In this document: piece by piece, positions 52,155-64,000 of the stretch
Layout: each line of letters starts with the position of its first letter
Numbering within the stretch: the first letter of the stretch is position 1
From: Octopus bimaculoides
Lineage: Eukaryota
Length of the DNA stretch: 64,000 bases
Assembly: GCF_001194135.2 (NCBI RefSeq)
Contig: NC_069001.1
Coordinates: forward strand, 20,118,047-20,182,046
Reading direction: 5' to 3'
The notes under the pieces: model-generated
What the model was told of the DNA's origin: nothing
The model's database searches: none
The model's input: the letters and a program-made list of their open reading frames with translations, nothing else
Program-made: the position numbers and the translations under genes

Positions 52155-53230
52155 TTTCACTTCCTCCTGTAGACCTTTAGAGGTAACCAATTCTGTATTC
52201 ATTTGTCATCAATACATTCAGTCTACTAAATAATAGCCATTTAAACATTGGTATTAGAATCTTTGAGCAAGGTTTCTAAATCTAAGAATAAATCTACCAT
52301 TTTTACTGACAAATAAATTGCACCTTTTTTCATGAAAATACTACCTAAAAACTCTAGCATGTGACTTACTGAACATAAAAGTACCTTAATACAGCATATA
52401 TGATACGTTGTAAATAGTTATACATAAAATATTGTTTTTGTAATAGCATGCTTTAATGATTAAGTAGTCAATAATGAAAATAAAATAATAATTTCTGAAT
52501 CCTATAATTTTCTAAAAGTAAGAAAAATTTTTTCATTCTCGTATTTACAAGTCAGAAAATTAGTTAAACATTATTATTGCACCACACACAAGTAGAGCAG
52601 AGCACTGCAGTGTGTTAGTATATTATAGATAAGTAATTTGCTCTCCTTGATAAGCTTCTAAACACATAAAAATCTATTTCATATACCATACTGTTCAGTG
52701 TTGAAGACATCCCGATCTTGAAGGGACACCTCAATACTGAATTGAAACTTTTTATTTAGAAGAAAAAAAAAGAAAGGTTTTACACTTGCACAAATGTTTG
52801 TCCTCTCAGACAATTGGTCAATTTTTGAGACTTATTTTAGAAAAAGAATAGTGTCCTCAATGAAAGGAAACACAGTAATTAAAATAGTGTTCATGTTTGG
52901 GCAACTTCAGTGTGTTACTCACATTAAATATTTAGAATTAAGAATTTATTAATATGGATTTAATTTAAGAGCTACAAAATGATATATTTACTTGTGATTT
53001 ATTAGTTATATTATAAGGAAAAATATATCTAGTTCTAAATATTTTGAGGAAAATCTCAGCAAAGCAGTATTGATAAACAACTCATGAGTTATAGTGAGTC
53101 AAGTACTGAATGAAGAATGCTCTGTATAAAGGGGTGGGGGGCATGGTGGGATTTATATGGTGGTGTGTAAAGTAATCAGGAATACATTTATGTGTGGTTT
53201 ATTAGCTCATCCTTATTAGTGACCATTTAA

Positions 53231-54220
53231 ACCAGAGGTTCTCAAGCACTTTTGGCATCATCACTCACTCTCACAGAAACTATTTCCATCACCCATCTGC
53301 ATAGAAAATATCCAAAAGTGTGCCAAAAAATTGTTATTTCTTATAAAACAATGAAGGTATTTTTTTTGTTTCGGTATGTTAATTGAATATCAAATTCTGC
53401 ACATTAGTTTCATACTTGGTGTTTAGTTTGTTGTTTTAATTCACTTTTATGGTAGTACTTTTGTTGTATCTAGTTCCATTTTTTTCTTTTTCTGTTTCAC
53501 TAAATGCAGATCAATGAGAGGCACTTCAGATAATTTGTTCACTGTACAGGTATAAGAGTTTCTTTGATGATAAATGAACAAGTACTCACTCTCTGATCAA
53601 ATTAATTTTCTCTATAATACATTATTATCACATATACATAATGTATCTTATATTTTTTGTTGTTATCTTTTATTTTATGAATCAGAATTTGGCAAAAAAA
53701 AAAACCAAACCAATTGGCTATTTTATGTTATCTTTCATTTTCTAACAAATTGATCAGAAAAAACACTTTCTACCTCATAAATTGGCCTTTAAAAACCATT
53801 AAATATAAATGTATCATATAATTTGTTGTCTTTCATCTTCTGACTAACAGAGTGACAAGATATAGAAATAAAAAAATACCTTCAAATAATTAACATTCCT
53901 ATAACAAAATAATACAATAAATATGAGAAGCTGTCATGTTACAAGATTCTTGTGTAACAAAACTAATACAGAAATATTGGGTTTCAAATCAGTCACCTTA
54001 CCAGGTTATATTCAAGCTGTTTCTACTTTTAGATCGCAAGATACTGGTGTGGCTGAAACCAGCTTCTACCAAATGGGATGTTCTTAACACAAGCAAAAGC
54101 AATTTTAAGTGCTTCCATAACCTGCATAAAAATTCAATAGACTTGTTGATGACACCACAAGCTTTGCTTGCCATAAAGCTGACATCACATTGTGGCATCA
54201 TTGTTATTTTCTAACACTAA
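53231..54220 (-). mobile_element. hAT (Charlie/Buster-like) 3' remnant
   Basis: TIR-like CAGAGGTTCTCAA at ~53233. ORF 53998..54201 reads LW..LKLLLLVLRTSHLVEAGFS..SILRSKSRNSLNI (decayed dimerisation motif). Confidence 0.6.
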
Positions 54221-54489
54221 CATTTCTTCTTGCACATCATCTTTGAATTGGCCACTTTGTCTTTATGCAGGTTGCTATACCAAAGTAAAACAGTCTGTGC
54301 AATAATATCTATGTATCAACTGTGCCATGTTACTATGCAGTGATTGCAAATATTTGCAATAATCACATTAAGTAATTTTATCCTTAAAAACTAAATCATC
54401 TTTCAAACTATCAAGTCATTGAAGCTAGTGGAGTTGAGGTCTGGAAAAATTCATCTTATATTATGTCATTATGCCACTTTAGAAATGAA

Positions 54490-54798
54490 ACATCCTTTTT
54501 TCAATGCTGGTATGGGTTGGATGGTTTGACAAGAACAGACAAGCCAAAGGGCCCCGCCAGATTCTGTATCTGCTTTGGCATGATTTCTATGGTTGGGTGC
54601 CCTTCCTAAAGCCAACCACTTAACAGAGTGTGCTAGGTGCTTTTGTATGTGGCACCAATACCAGTGATGTTGCCAAGTGCTCACAAGGTAAGACCCCCTC
54701 AACTGATTTGGCTGTTGACTAGAGAAAGAAACTATAATGGAGGGAGAGGAGCATGTGTCTTGCTGAAGAGGTGAATACATGGCTTGCTTACTTGGAAA

Positions 54799-54832
<34 letters not shown>

Positions 54833-55385
54833 TAAGATCCAGGTACAACATGAATAAGACAGAATAGGAAGTGCAGTGAGTGAAAATAGTGTGACATGAT
54901 TAGAGATTGGGAATGAGTTGGACGCAGTGGATATCATCACAGTGATAAGTGAAGAAAATAGATGATGAGTTGTGGGGAAGGTGTGACAGAGCTTCAATTC
55001 TGCTGAGATTGAACATGTCTTCTCAAGTACAGTATAACGCCGTTCATCTCTGTACCCTGTCATCTACTCTAAGAGGTTCAACATTTTGAGGTCAGTCTTT
55101 AACTCTTCATCCCACATTTTTCTAGGTCTACCTCTTCCACATGTTTCTTCCACATTTAGCAGTCAGCTCTTTATACAACTGTTCTCATCCATCAGCATCA
55201 CATGATTGTACTAGTGTAATATTCTTTCCTGCACCCCAGCCTGTTATGCCCAATTTTTCTCTACAGACTTTTGTCCTTTGTTGTACATGCAATTTGACAT
55301 TATACATCCATTGAAGCATGCATTTTTTTCTCTCTTTACAATAATGTATCAAGATCATTAAGTTTGGTGAACATGTCACTAAGGA
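54490..55385 (-). mobile_element. RTE 3' UTR fragment (54490-54700) and decayed RTE C-terminal fragment (55070-55385)
   Basis: ATGCTGGTATGGGTTGGATGGTTTGAC...GCCCTTCCTAA and minus-strand MLQWMYNVKLHVQQ..LG...GRGRPRKMW-like text. Confidence 0.55.
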
Positions 55386-55851
55386 AAAAGCTGTCACATT
55401 TTGCAGCTATCAGAGAAGTTAGTGTAAAGTTTTGAACAATATTATAATTGTATCACTCAGTTTGAGGAAACAAGAATCAGTTGTCTTTTGACAACCATTG
55501 TACTTTAGTAGGGTATAAAACTTCACATAGTAATCATCATTATCAAGGCTCAGTTGACAGAAAATTCAGTCAGACAAAAGATCTAACAAGTTTATTTTTT
55601 CACCCTCTTGTCAACTAACTGCACTAACATCATTGAGCCTGCCATTAAATTTTTTGCAACTGAATACTTGAAATTTCAGTTCTAAGAGGAATTACCCCAT
55701 TAATAGTGTCCTTTTGCAGATGCTGTTAGTTGGAAGAACTTCTATATTAGCAAGTTGAAGTAATGTTTCTTGCCAAATGGTTGTTACCTTATGAGGCCCT
55801 ACATCACATGAAATACGACAAAGATTTGCCCTTGTCAGCATGCTTAGAATG

Positions 55852-56080
55852 TTAATCCTTTTGATACCAACCCTCCCAAGACCATCCCTACTTCTGTGAT
55901 ATAAACTTTCTATGTAAAGTGATCTAAATTAAGATCTCCCTTTAAAATTCCGTGTTAATTTATGTTCCAATTAGCAGCTTAGTAACGACCAAGATATTTT
56001 ACCCAATTCTTTAGTATTTTCAAAATTAATTGAAACAAATGCCGTTTAGTTCAACAGAAATATGGTAACAAAAGGGTTAT
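55852..56080. mobile_element. TTAA MITE, same family as 14718
   Basis: TTAATCCTTTTGATACC ... GGTAACAAAAGGGTTA. The interior is a diverged reverse complement of 14718-14940. Confidence 0.7.
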
Positions 56081-58477
56081 ATATGTAACCAACTGTTCTG
56101 AAGAGAAGCAATAAACATATAAGATGAACAACCAATGGTGGCAAATTTTCTTCACTAAAGGCATTAGAGTATTTCATTAGAGCAATGAAAATAACTGAAA
56201 ATATCACTTAAGAAATTTTATAATTGTCTATGCTAATTGAGCTTTCAATAATTAATTAGTGTATTAATTTATCTATAAACTAGCATCCAAATAGTTCCAT
56301 ACGATTGAGTCCCCAGATTTAAGTGTACTGAAACTACACTGATTTTGGTCTCCATTGCTGAAGGGAGGCATTCCATGCCTGATTGTCCTTTTCTGTCCTT
56401 TTCATTTTTCCAGGCCATCTTTGTTTTGACTGTATTTACTGTATTTATTGCTAGTGTAAACTTTTGTGTTTATCCCCTGCTTGTACACGTTTTTCCTCTC
56501 TTACTGTGTCCACAGTATCTTTTCCTCTTTATCTCTTTTTTTTTTTCCTTCCACTGTATTTGTCTTTCACTGTACCTAATTCTCTTCTCATTTTGCTTTC
56601 TCTCCCCCTCTCACATTTTCTCATTCTTCCAACTTCCTTTCTTGAACCCTCCTTCTAATGAGTGAATTCCATCTTAGTGAAGAAGCAGCAAGATGGGATT
56701 CACTCAATCCAGTAGAAAACTTTGAGTGAACCCCATCTTACCTCTTCTTCACCTGCATTTTCTCATGCTGAATGTTATTAGTACAGCAGTTCATAAGTTA
56801 TATTCCCATCTCTTTATTCACCTTGTTCTTTCTCTCCTTTCCTCTCTGTCTTTCTTTCTGATGAAAGTCTCTCTCTCTCTCTTCCTCTATTTCACCATTT
56901 GCACTAACTTTCTCTCTGATGGGTTTTATTTGTTAGATTGAAAGGCAATACCTGTCTTCTTATTTTCATGTATCTTTTTTAATTTTCCTTCTCCCTCATT
57001 GTTCTAAATATTTTTCGTTGTGATGTCCACTGCCTCATTCACCAGACTTAAGCACACCAAAATTATGCTGATTCTGGTCCCCATGGTTAAATAGATAAAG
57101 CTATTTTCTGTCTTCAGTTTAACCTTTAGCACACTTGCATTGTCTCTAGAATTGTTTCTACTACCACTTCCCTGTTACTACAGAGGAGAAAACTAATATG
57201 GTGACATGATCCACCTGCAGTGTGCTAAAGGTTAAAAGTATTTTTTTCTGAAATAATTGGCAATGATTGATGATCTTATATAAGATTCAGTGAGGAAATT
57301 AAAAGTTGTATTACATGTGTATGTGTATTCATGCTTGTACATGTGTGTGAACTGCCATTTCTGATGGTTGTTTGCCACCCAAAATCTTTGTAATCCCAAA
57401 CTATTTTTTTCTGTAAAAAATTCAAGAGAAGGCATGGCAAATTCAAGCACAGATGTGCACTAACCAAAAGCTAGATAGCAGCAACTGATGCTCTACTGCT
57501 GATACTCCCAGCTTGTTGCCAACTGTTTTTGAAGTCCTAGAAAAGTGCCAAAATCTGAAAACACTTTTTAAAATATTCATACTAATAAAATGTTATGCAG
57601 CTTTAGAAAATCCTATACCATGTACCAAAATTTCAAAACACCATTTTCTCCACATTTGTTTACCACCCATGCATGGGCATTATTTTCTAGATGAGAAACC
57701 CTGCACTATAGTCTCAACAAGCCAACAAAGGTGTGTTGTTACAAGGTTACTTGATCACCTAGAAATGACAATCAACCCTCCTTTAGATGTCTTAGAAAGG
57801 ACACATTGGATAATGAGGTTTTCAGTTCCCTGCACATGGGATAAAGATAGGATGGTCATAACAGGAAAGTCTTTGATCATAGCCCACTGCTCGATCAGAG
57901 CTGACCTGGAACTAAACCACACTAACAACTTCTGTCTTAAGCATATCTACTTTGCATTCTTGAATCAGAAATAAAGAACTTTTATGTAATAACAAGGTTT
58001 TTATTTTTAATATAGAATGTTGTGATGGCTTGAGTGGGTGGATTGTTTTGTAGGGTATCTTTTTCTGAATTTCTTGTCATTTGGCTTATATAACATTAAT
58101 TTTTATATAACATTAATACTAAAGTAGCTTATAAGATTAGCATAAAATAGTCAAACTAATCCTGTTGGCTGGTGTTTCTCTATATTTATCTCTATTCATT
58201 TGTGCTGAGATTAATTAATGTAATCTATTAAGAGCAACAAAAAAGTGTGTCATTTTCAAATTTAAAATTAGAGAAGGGAAAATTACGAAAAGCAGCTGGT
58301 TTAAGTTATTTAGTTATTTTTCCTTTTCATTCACTGCTTTTCTACTTCCTATCAGGTGCATAAATTTGGTGATGGGACAATAGTGATGATGATGGAGACT
58401 GAAGGTAATAAGTATAGTAGCAGTGGAGGTATTGTTGATGTTTAGACCTAGGATAAACCTGGCATCAAGAACTTTGA

Positions 58478-59402
58478 TACAAGAGTGGGATGAAAAGTTC
58501 ATAGGTGGACTCCATCTTTATTAACAGAGCAAAAGTGGTTAGCTGAATTTAGGAGAGGAAGAGAGTTTTGAAGATGACCCACCATCTGGATTTCTTGCAA
58601 CTGCCACCACTGAGGAAGACTTTACTTATGTTTACCACATGGTGTTGGATGACAGGCAATGACTATAAATCAAAGAGCCTATGCTATTAGCATATCCTGT
58701 GAGAGGGTTGAGAATATTCTACACAATGAAGTTGGCATGATGAAGGTTTCTGCTTGGTGGGGGTCACATATTCTGACATTGTTTCAGGTAGATCCAGCTG
58801 GTTTTCTTGAATGTTTCCTAATCCAGAATAAGTATTGGCTTCATCACTTCGAGACAGAAACAAAAGGACAATCCATGCAATGGAAACACCCCCACTCCTC
58901 GCCAGCGCTAAAGAAGGCCAATGTTATTTCATATGCAAGGAAGGTGATTGCTTCAGTTTTTGGGGATGCAAAAATCATTGTGTTTATTAACAATCTTCAA
59001 AAGGGCCACAGCATCAATGGAGAGTATTATGCCAACATGCTGAGGCTATCAAGACCAACTGTCTAGGAAAACTGACAAAAGGGGTCTTGTTTCATGAGGA
59101 CAATGCTGCAGCACACAAGCCTTTTCAATGGCTGCTGTGCATGACTGTGGCTTTGAACTGGTTGATCACTCACCCTGTTACCCTAATTTACCCCCATCTG
59201 GCTATCATCTGTTCCCCAACAGGAATAAACACTTGGCTGGGAACCAGTATCGCTGTGATGATGATGTGGTGTCTGCTGTTGAAGTTTTTGACCAACAGCA
59301 TGAAAACTTCTTTACCAATAGGATCCAACCACTACAACACTGATGGTCACATTCCATGAGAGTATCTTAGTCAACCTATGAATTTTTCAGTTGACCCCTG
59401 TA
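58478..59402 (+). mobile_element. Internally deleted mariner element with TIRs and TA duplication
   Basis: TIRs TACAAGAGTGGGATGAAAAGTTCATAGG and CCTATGAATTTTTCAGTTGACCCCTGTA. Decayed motifs KWLAEFRRGR..EDDP.SG, KVSAWW, LFHEDNAAAH, HSPCYPNLPPSGYHLF. Confidence 0.85.
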
Positions 59403-59569
59403 AATGTCATTCCAGTGTATTTAAGACAGCATTATCTAATGTGTACTTCTTAAAGATGGTAAGGTGTGATATGAAAGAGTTTTGGCTGTTATTTCTTGTA
59501 GGCTGGCTGATTGTGCAGAAGGCTCAAAGTGTTGTAGATTGTGAGAATGATAGTAGTGGTGAAATTGGT

Positions 59570-61180
59570 TCTGATAGCACCACTGATGCTATATTTCTGG
59601 TAAGACAGCTGCAGGAAAAATACCTAGCCAAAGATAAACCTCTGTACCTGGTTTTCCTTGACATGGAAAAAGCCTTTGACTGGATCCCCAGGGACGCTGT
59701 CAGTAAGATGAGGGTTGGCAACAAGTACAGTAAAGAATTCCGGTTAGAGGTAGGGGTCCACCAAGGTTCAGTCCTCAGCCCCCTCCTATTTATCATAGTC
59801 CTCCAGGCAATAACAGAGGAATTCAAGACAGGATGCCCCAGCGAGCTCTTCTATGCTGATGACCTTGCACTAATTGCTGAGTCACTATCAGAACTAGAGG
59901 AGAAGTTTCAGGTGTGGAAGCAAGGACTAGAATCAAAGGGCTTTAGAGTCAACCTAGCTAAAACCAAAGTCCTAATAAGTAGGAAGGTAGACAAAACACA
60001 AACCCCTTCAGGTAGATGGCCCTGCTCGATCTGTAGAAAAGGCGTAGGTAGAAAGTTCAGAGAGCTCTTACCTCTGCTGGCGACAAAAGGACTCTCACTC
60101 AGAGTAAAAGTTAGACTGTATGACGCATGTGTACGAACAACCATGCTACATGGCAGTGAAATATGGGCCGTGACTACTGAGGACATGCATAGGCTCGCAA
60201 GGAATGAAGCCAGTATGCTCCGATGGATGTGTAATGCCAGTGAGCATACTCGACAGAGTGTAAGTACTTTGAGAGAAAAGGTGGTCCTAAGAAGCATCAG
60301 TTGTAGTGTGCAAGAGAGATGATTGTGCTGGTATGGACATGTGGCAAGAATGGATAAGGATAGCTGTGTGAAAAAGTACCACACCCTAGCAGTTGAGGGA
60401 ACTCGTGGAAGAGGTAGACCCAGGAAGACCTGGCACGAGGTGGTGAAGCACGACCTTCGAACATAAGGCAATGACTTGTGACCGAGACCTTTGGAAATAT
60501 GCAGTGCGTAAGAAGACCCGGCAAGCCAAGTGAGACCATAATCCGAGGCCTCTGCCAGGGGTGTAGCCAGCCCACTTATGCGTACCTTTCCTTCATTGGA
60601 CACTAAACTCTGCTTGCGAAGACCTGTTGAGGCAAGTGAAATCGAAATCGAACCAAATTCGATGCCTGGCACCCATGCCAACCTCTCCTTCATTGGACAC
60701 TAAACTCTACTTGCGAAGGCCTGTTGGGGCAAGTGAAATCAAAATTGTGATTGAACCAAATTCGATGACTGGCACCTGTGCCATTGGAGCGCTAATAGCA
60801 CCATCCGAGCGTGATCATTGCCAGAGCAGCTGTCTGGCTTCCGTGCCAGTGACACGTAAATAGCACCATTTGAGCGTGATCGTTACCAGCATTGCCTTAC
60901 ACATACATACATTCATATATATATATATATCAGCCTTGACTGGCTTCCATGCCAGTGGCATGTAAAAAACACTAACCGATCGTGGCCATTGCCAGCCTCC
61001 TCTGGTCCCTGTGCTGGTGGCACATAAAAAGCACCCACTACACTCACGGAATGGTTGGCGTTAGAAGGGCATCCAGCTGTAGAGACTCTGCCAGATCAGA
61101 CTGGGGCCTGGTGCAGACCTCGGTTGAACCGTCCAACCCATGCCAGCATGGAAAACGGACGTTAAACGACAATGATGATG
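59570..61180 (+). mobile_element. RTE LINE, 5'-truncated with internal deletions, full 3' UTR
   Basis: STTDAIFLVRQLQEK, FLDMEKAFD, GVHQGSVLSPLLF, FYADDLALI, GFRVNLAKTK, YDACVRTTMLHGSE. A ~90-bp tandem duplication at 60590-60770 and a GATGATG tail. Confidence 0.9.
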
Positions 61181-62526
61181 TTGATATATATTAGGCTTAA
61201 ACACCATGTGTAGTGATAGAACCAAGCTGACATTTGAAGATCTTATGATCCTGTGTTCTAACATATGTTAAGACTCAGTTTTTCAAATAACTTTGTTGCT
61301 CAAATCTGCAAGAATGGTGCAGTACTGAAGGTTCCTTCATTTGTCAGATTGTGATGAATTAGATTTTTATAGCCAGGTTAATCTAAAGTTGTTATTGGTA
61401 GGTACAGCAGATAAGTTGACACCATTGAATAGAATGATTGCTATGACTGAAGAAATCTCTTATTTTGTAACACAGTACCAACTGTCTACAATCAACCATA
61501 AGATAAAAGTGTGACAGTGAATGTATACAATGTGCCTACATATTGAATATCTACCAAACTTGGAATGTCAAACTGTATGTTTGAATTGATAGACACTTTC
61601 TGTCAGGGAACTATGCACAATAGTATCATTATCATTTTTTGATAAGGAAATGTTTCATCTTTTTTTTTTTAATAATTTTTGTTTTACTTTTGGAGATATT
61701 AAATCTATGAGTGTTCCAGTAATTACATCATGACAAGATGTTGACACAAGAAATATCAGTGAATTATCATTTGTGTCATTTCCTGAAAATTTATAAGGTT
61801 TCATGCACTTTTGTGCCTAAAATTTGTGTAATATTGGCAAAGATCTTCAGAGAGTGATCTCTGATCTGTGTTCATGGCAGGTTGAGAAGGGTCTTGGCTG
61901 GTGGTTGAGAACTTCTAGTTTTAAGACTGGCAACTTAGGCCCAATATTGAACAACTTCTCTTTCTCCTGGTAGTGGTTCTGCATTTGTGTCTGCTGCTGT
62001 TGTTTGGATGTTCTACACTTTCATTAATTTGTTGGCAGGATCTTTAGCTTCAGCTGTGGAATTTTTCCAGTTACAGCCAAATTGTTTAGATGTTTCGTGG
62101 AAAATACATGGAGAATATTTCATAGAAATTTCTATCAAATGTGCTGCAACCCCCGAGAAAATCAGAATAGATTGTTTTCTTTTTTCCTTCAAAATCTTTT
62201 GTCCCAGAGTTACTAGCAATATTGCAGCACATTTTCAGCAACTTTTAAAAACTTTTTGTGTCTTTAGCTGTGATGCTTCTAATATTGTATCATGTCTGGG
62301 CTCAAATGAAATAATACTGCAGGGCACTGATATAGGATTATAACTGTTTGACTACAAATATAAATTCCTAGTTTTCTCTTGTATAGGCAACATTTGTTAT
62401 CTTATCATGTGGCTAATTCAGGATTTGATTCAAATGTGAAAAGTTGTGAGGAAACAGTATGAAGTTTAAATTAGCAAATACATATTCTATTTCTAACAGG
62501 AAAGAGAAAGTTTGTAGTTCATACAT

Positions 62527-62694
62527 TCATCCTTTAGCATTCAGATTACTCTGTGAAATATGCTTATTTAATACATTATCTCATATCTTTGAGATTTCGA
62601 CATTGTAGGGCAGGTGTGAAAAGTTCACTCAGGCTAGTTTGAACAGGTAGAATATCTTGGCTGGATATGGCCAGTTGAAATGCTAAAGGGTTGA
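62527..62694. mobile_element. Second TTAA-type MITE family (eroded ends)
   Basis: TTCAT-CCTTTAGCATT ... AATGCTAAAGGG-TTGA inverted termini. Confidence 0.55.
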
Positions 62695-63040
62695 AATTGC
62701 ATTTAGAGACAATCCAATAATTGTTTTCAGTTTCAGAAGAATGACTGCCTTTTTATATCGGAAGACAGGATGTGTGTATATATGTGTATTCAGTTTGAGC
62801 ACTTGCTGCTTCTATGTGTATATCCTATAAAGGAAGACACCTGACAAGCATTGTACTGATCCAAAGGAAGATAGTGTTATATCATTTTTGCTGACAATGT
62901 TATAATAATTTCTTAATTGGCATGAACAAATTTTTAGAAAGAAATATTCTTGTGCTTTATTGGTATTTATTTTACCAGCCCTGCAATGTAAAAATATATG
63001 TAATCCATATACTAACTCATTTTTCTGACTGATTTTTCAG

Positions 63041-63100
63041 TCAACTGAGAAGAAATCCTCAGCGCCTAATTCAGGAACTACAACTCCTACTCCAAGAAAG
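63041..63100 (+). CDS. MAP7: 60-nt exon F (phase 0 to 0), STEKKSSAPNSGTTTPTPRK
   Basis: Branch-like actaac, pyrimidine tract, tttttcag|TCA, donor AAG|gtacag. Phase matches the end of exon E. Confidence 0.7.
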
Positions 63101-64000
63101 GTACAGTTGACATTAATTGCTTTGTTTTTTTTTAATGCCACTTTCATCTAAACTGAACTGTTGGTCACATGTATCAGAGTACAGGGAATCAAAAAGTTAA
63201 ATTTTTCACTGTAGGTTTATTCTTATATGGCTAAATGATGCTACATAAACACAGATGTGATTGCATCACATCCATCATATCTCATGAATACCACTCTAAA
63301 TTGCATCGCATTATGGAAAATAGTGCTATGCCAGGGCACACTGTATTGCACAACACCACACCCCATCATACCAAACAGTACCTCACTGTACTAACTAGGA
63401 TCCTATGACACTACAGTACACACCCTTATACAGCATTACACAATACTAGTAAGTGAAGGAATTTATATGTGGTTGCTCTACTTGCTAGAAAAGTAGCCAA
63501 TCCCTCCTTCAGATGACGCCCTAACACTCATAAAGCAACATTTCACATTATCCTATTATTATCTTATACAACCAGCATAATATATCTTGCCACATTAATA
63601 CCATGTAACACATCTACATCATTGTTTTACATTTGCTTTTCCAAGCTCGCTTGGGTTATAAGAGTTTTATGAGCCATATTACAACTGGATGCTCTTCCTG
63701 TTGCTAACCCTAGTTATTTCTTATGTCATGGATACATACATGACTGAGCTGGAATACACAACACCACATTTTATCAAATAGTATTGCATTGCACCAGATT
63801 GTACCATACAGCATCACTGACTCTTCTTATTTGAGCACTGTTTTCTTATTTTCTTCTTTGGCTCTCTTCCTTCTGTGAAGTAAATTTTAAGATACTTACC
63901 TACTATCTAGTATTTTGAATTATATATTTAGAAATTATGATCCTTATAGCTGTTGCAACATTTGGATGAAATACCAATTCTGCTAAACCCTCTGATCTTG

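Noticed and set aside
57700-57970. Possible L1/Tx1 zinc-knuckle relic on the minus strand
   Set aside because: Only a faint C..C..H..C-like trace across frameshifts; too weak to call.
59378-60322. 314-aa ORF with a hydrophobic N-terminus as a novel gene
   Set aside because: It is a chance read-through from the mariner TIR and flank into a deleted RTE RT. No independent gene evidence.

Overview
AT-rich, microsatellite-dense eukaryotic genomic DNA with six assembly gaps. The SINE and RTE repeat families look like those of Octopus (inference, not a database result). The window appears to lie inside one large plus-strand gene. Six GT-AG exons that I read by hand (4329-4614, 23573-23605, 24525-24656, 42714-42959, 50952-51100, 63041-63100) join in one open frame encoding the middle of an ensconsin/MAP7-like microtubule-associated protein. 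The introns hold mobile-element debris: RTE LINEs (one with a twin-priming-type 5' inversion), two Penelope-like (PLE) GIY-YIG fragments, an R4/Dong-like REL element beside a TAA repeat, CR1/Jockey-like RT pieces, tRNA-derived SINEs, mariner and maT (DD37D-type) Tc1/mariner relics, two hAT relics, a Helitron Rep fragment and TTAA MITEs. The most unusual structure is a ~480-bp fold-back palindrome at 11.1-11.6 kb. Each arm has a tRNA-like head, a (TAA/CAA)n tract and a minimal type I hammerhead ribozyme motif. Most short ORFs in the supplied track are microsatellite, gap or antisense artefacts. Repeat boundaries are approximate unless a TIR or TSD is cited.
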